Shown here one piece after another: positions 61,285 through 64,000 of a stretch of 64,000 nt of DNA. The position numbers and the translations under genes were made by a program. Origin of the DNA: Auanema rhodensis (taxonomy: Eukaryota > Animalia > Nematoda). The stretch is taken from assembly GCA_964057225.1 (NCBI GenBank), contig OZ059895.1:15996001-16060000 (forward strand). Reading direction: 5' to 3'. Positions within the stretch are counted from its first letter, which is position 1. Each line of letters begins with the position of its first letter. The notes below the pieces were generated by a model. The model was not told the origin of the DNA. It did not search any database and was given only the letters and a program-made list of their open reading frames with translations.

Positions 61285-62266
61285 ATGGCATCTCCAGAGT
61301 TGACCAAAAACTTAACAAAAGTTCTAGGCAGTCCACACTGCCCTAAATACGATGGTAGCCGAAGCTTTCGATCGTACATCGATATATTTAACCGATTCGC
61401 GAATGCTGCGGGACTTTCGGTAATTGAAAGAATTTTTCTTTTTCCTCTGCTGCTTCAGCAGAATGATTCTGCGATCTCTGCATATAACTCGATTTCTTCC
61501 GAAATTCGTGAACGAGGGCCTTGGAAAGACCTTGTTTCACAATTGGCAGAGTTACTTTGCCCTGCCACGGAAAGGAATTTCACGATCGCGAAGTTGCTAC
61601 GCTCGACGCAAGGAGAGAAAACTGTTACTCAGTTGCCTCATACTTGGAAGAAATGGCTTCCAGTATTATGAGCCCAACTGATCGAGAAAGAGAGCTCATA
61701 TTAAGATCAGCTTTCTTAAATGGATTGAACGCTGATTTAGGCATAATTGTTCAAGGAAAAGATCCGAAGACTTATGAGGAAGCAAAAAGGACAGCACGTT
61801 TTGAAGAAGCAATTCGTGCTAACTATAAGAAACAGCATGAAGAAAACTCAACTATGCAAGAGTTGATTTCTGCAGTTCAGAAGATCACCATGAAGGAAAA
61901 TAGGAACTAAAGGAACCATCAGCAGCCACGAGATTTCGAACGGAATAATGGCAACAATCCAAGAAACCCTTGGAGGAATTTCAAAAATAAATTCAGCAGG
62001 AACTCTGGCCCTCGACAAAATTATGGAAACAACTACTCAATGGAGAGTCATCATCATACGAGAGAACCTCGCAACAATTATCCAAGAGGAAATCGAGACA
62101 ACCTATTCTAAATTCTCCAGAAAATGACGAATTATTGGAAAGAAATGAAAATCGGAAAAATACCTGGAATTCTATTCAAGAGAAAATTAAACAAAAATCA
62201 ATTGAACAACAACATCGACTGAATAATAGTAACCGAATAGCATCACGTACATTTGAAATAGGTTAA
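61285..62266 (+). pseudogene. Frameshifted gag homologous to the first element, fused to an integrase C-terminal remnant
   Basis: LGSPHCPKYDGSRSFR vs LSSPYCPIYDGSRNFR; ILRSAFLNGL vs ILRSTFLRGL; frameshift near 61630; ELLERN...RIASRTFEIG aligns ungapped with ELLQRR...RAHHRDIQPG. Confidence 0.85.
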
Positions 62267-62339
62267 ATGGCGTTAAAGGGGATGAAAAATTTTACAAACC
62301 TTATACCTGTGAGGACACAGGACTTCAAGAGCGGTATCA

Positions 62340-62734
62340 TGTAATACTTTATAATTCTGTACTTTATTCTTTCTATAATTTTTATGTATTTCTTTATTCT
62401 TTATTCTGTATTTCATATTTCTTAATTCTAATTTCTTGTCTTAGTGTATTATGTTATCAGTTATATTTTACAACCTCAGCATTTTCCAGGATAATTACAA
62501 TTGTCATTGACAACTTAAAACCTTGCGTGGAAAATGCTGATAACATTCGCTATATAAGCTTGCCATTCAACTGAATCTTCAGTTGGCGGACTTATCTTTA
62601 TTTGTTTATTGTTTAAATGTTTTTTATTTATAATAAATCTTTCTCTCTTCCTCAAATCTTATTGTTTCTTTTACAACACATCAATCTAAGGGTCAATAAC
62701 ATGGAACATTAATATCCAAATCAAGGATATTACA
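62340..62734 (+). repeat. Putative 395-bp 3' LTR of the second element
   Basis: TGTAATA...TATTACA terminal inverted repeats, TATATAA at 62551, AATAAA at 62633; ends exactly where the array resumes; only one copy in the window. Confidence 0.7.
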
Positions 62735-62964
62735 TGTTTTCTTCCAGGTAATGCCCTGAGGGTTAAATTATCCGTAAATGTATTGTTTCATTGGCTAAAT
62801 AGTTGTGAACGGGATGGTCGCCAATACTTTCGGGTTCTTCCCGCTTGAGTTGCAATTAAAACCTGATCGAATGTTTTTCCTCAAGATTCAGAAATTGAAT
62901 AAAGTGAAACCCATATGAGATACCAAACAAGGTATGGCCTGTTAGACTCATTGAGTTGACCAAT

Positions 62965-63128
62965 AAACTTACCTGGCTGGGAGCTGCCCGCGATCATCAA
63001 GGCGGGCTCTCTACGAAGAGGCCTGATCATTGCACTTTTCGATTGGGCTGACCTGTATGGCAATCTCGAGTTGAGATTCGCCAACAGCTAAATTTTTGCG
63101 TTTGGGGATGCGTTCGCGCGTCCCTTAC
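62965..63128 (+). ncRNA. U1: U1 snRNA
   Basis: Copy of 30769 unit. Confidence 0.95.
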
Positions 63129-63367
63129 AATCTCGAATATTAATTTCATGCTTGGTAATCAGAATATCGTGAGAGTTTCACGTGAAATCCACGTACATCC
63201 ACACGCTCACTTCATTTTTGAATTATAATAGCACTTGACCGGTTGTTCTTCATGTTATAAAATTACTTCTATACTACAATTTTTCTTTTCAGGAAATTGT
63301 GATCATTGAAGCCAAGGGAGAGACTTAGAATCGTAACGTTGGTATTCTGATAACGTGTAGTCTCATA

Positions 63368-63439
63368 TCCTCGGTAGTATAGTGGTGAGTATCCGCGTCT
63401 GTCACATGCGAGACCCGGGTTCAATTCCCGGCCGGGGAG
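63368..63439 (+). tRNA. trnD-GTC: tRNA-Asp(GTC)
   Basis: Copy of 31172. Confidence 0.97.
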
Positions 63440-63691
63440 AATGTTTTACACCTGTTCAGTATGTTTTCTTCCAGGTAATGCCCTGAGGGTTAAATTATCC
63501 GTAAATGTATTGTTTCATTGGCTAAATAGTTGTGAACGGGATGGTCGCCAGTACTTTCGGGTTCTTCCCGCTTGAGTTGCAATTAAAACCTGATCGAATG
63601 TTTTTCCTCAAGATTCAGAAATTGAATAAAGTGAAACCCATATGAGATACCAAACAAGGTATGGCCTGTTAGACTCATTGAGTTGACCAAT

Positions 63692-63855
63692 AAACTTACC
63701 TGGCTGGGAGCTGCCCGCGATCATCAAGGCGGGCTCTCTACGAAGAGGCCTGATCATTGCACTTTTCGATTGGGCTGACCTGTATGGCAATCTCGAGTTG
63801 AGATTCGCCAACAGCTAAATTTTTGCGTTTGGGGATGCGTTCGCGCGTCCCTTAC
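63692..63855 (+). ncRNA. U1: U1 snRNA
   Basis: Copy of 30769 unit. Confidence 0.95.
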
Positions 63856-64000
63856 AATCTGAAGTATAAATTTCATGCTTGGTAATCAGAATATCGTGAG
63901 AGTTTCACGTGAAATCCACGTACATCCACACGCTCACTTCATTTTTGAATTATAATAGCACTTGACCGGTTGTTCTTCATGTTATAAAATTACTTCTATA

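Larger units (their letters stand above)
57006..62734 (+). mobile_element. Chimeric insertion: virus-like ORF + internally deleted Ty3/Gypsy remnant + single LTR, replacing 156 bp of an array unit including its tRNA
   Basis: Array sequence stops after TGTGATCA (57005) and resumes at TGTTTTCTTCCAGG (62735); no TSD. Confidence 0.85.
62735..64000 (+). repeat. 727-bp U1 + tRNA-Asp array, segment 3 (runs off the window)
   Basis: Same unit sequence. Confidence 0.97.

Noticed and set aside
62701-62708. ATGGAACA as the end of an LTR related to the first element
   Set aside because: No matching TGTTCCAT start or other LTR similarity; the TGTAATA/TATTACA pair fits the junction better
30658-63811. Repeated 67-76-aa minus-strand ORF MANLNSRLPYRSAQ...
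   Set aside because: It is the antisense reading of U1 snRNA, starts at TTG, and repeats only because the unit repeats
30711-64000. CRISPR-like array or plain satellite
   Set aside because: Whole units are near-identical with no unique spacers, no cas genes are present, the context is eukaryotic, and the units encode U1 and tRNA

Overview
This window is nematode genomic DNA (short AT-rich introns, TTTTCAG-type acceptors, clear homologues of C. elegans genes). 1-30.6 kb is an ordinary gene-dense region: the 3' part of pms-2, unc-14, a minus-strand operon-like run (riok-1, MAP7/ensconsin-like, ABHD11, SAFB-like with a KCTD gene nested antisense in its intron 1), nhr-64 and eat-5. From 30.7 kb to the window end lies a homogeneous 727-bp tandem array. 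Each unit carries one U1 snRNA gene and one tRNA-Asp(GTC) gene (22 U1 and 20 tRNA copies visible). Two insertions interrupt the array. (1) A 12.1-kb, apparently recent Ty3/Gypsy element about 30 bp upstream of a U1 start. It has identical-looking LTRs with non-canonical CG...CG ends, a tRNA-Gln PBS, and one Gag-Env-Pol polyprotein in which a herpes-gB/chuvirus-like fusogen sits between Gag and protease. (2) A 5.7-kb chimera in which an intact, intronless ~1050-aa ORF resembling a dsRNA-virus (Phytoreovirus P2-like) outer-capsid protein is joined to a deleted relative of the same retrotransposon family with one LTR; it replaces one tRNA gene. Protein family calls rest on motif recognition from memory and need HMM or structure confirmation.
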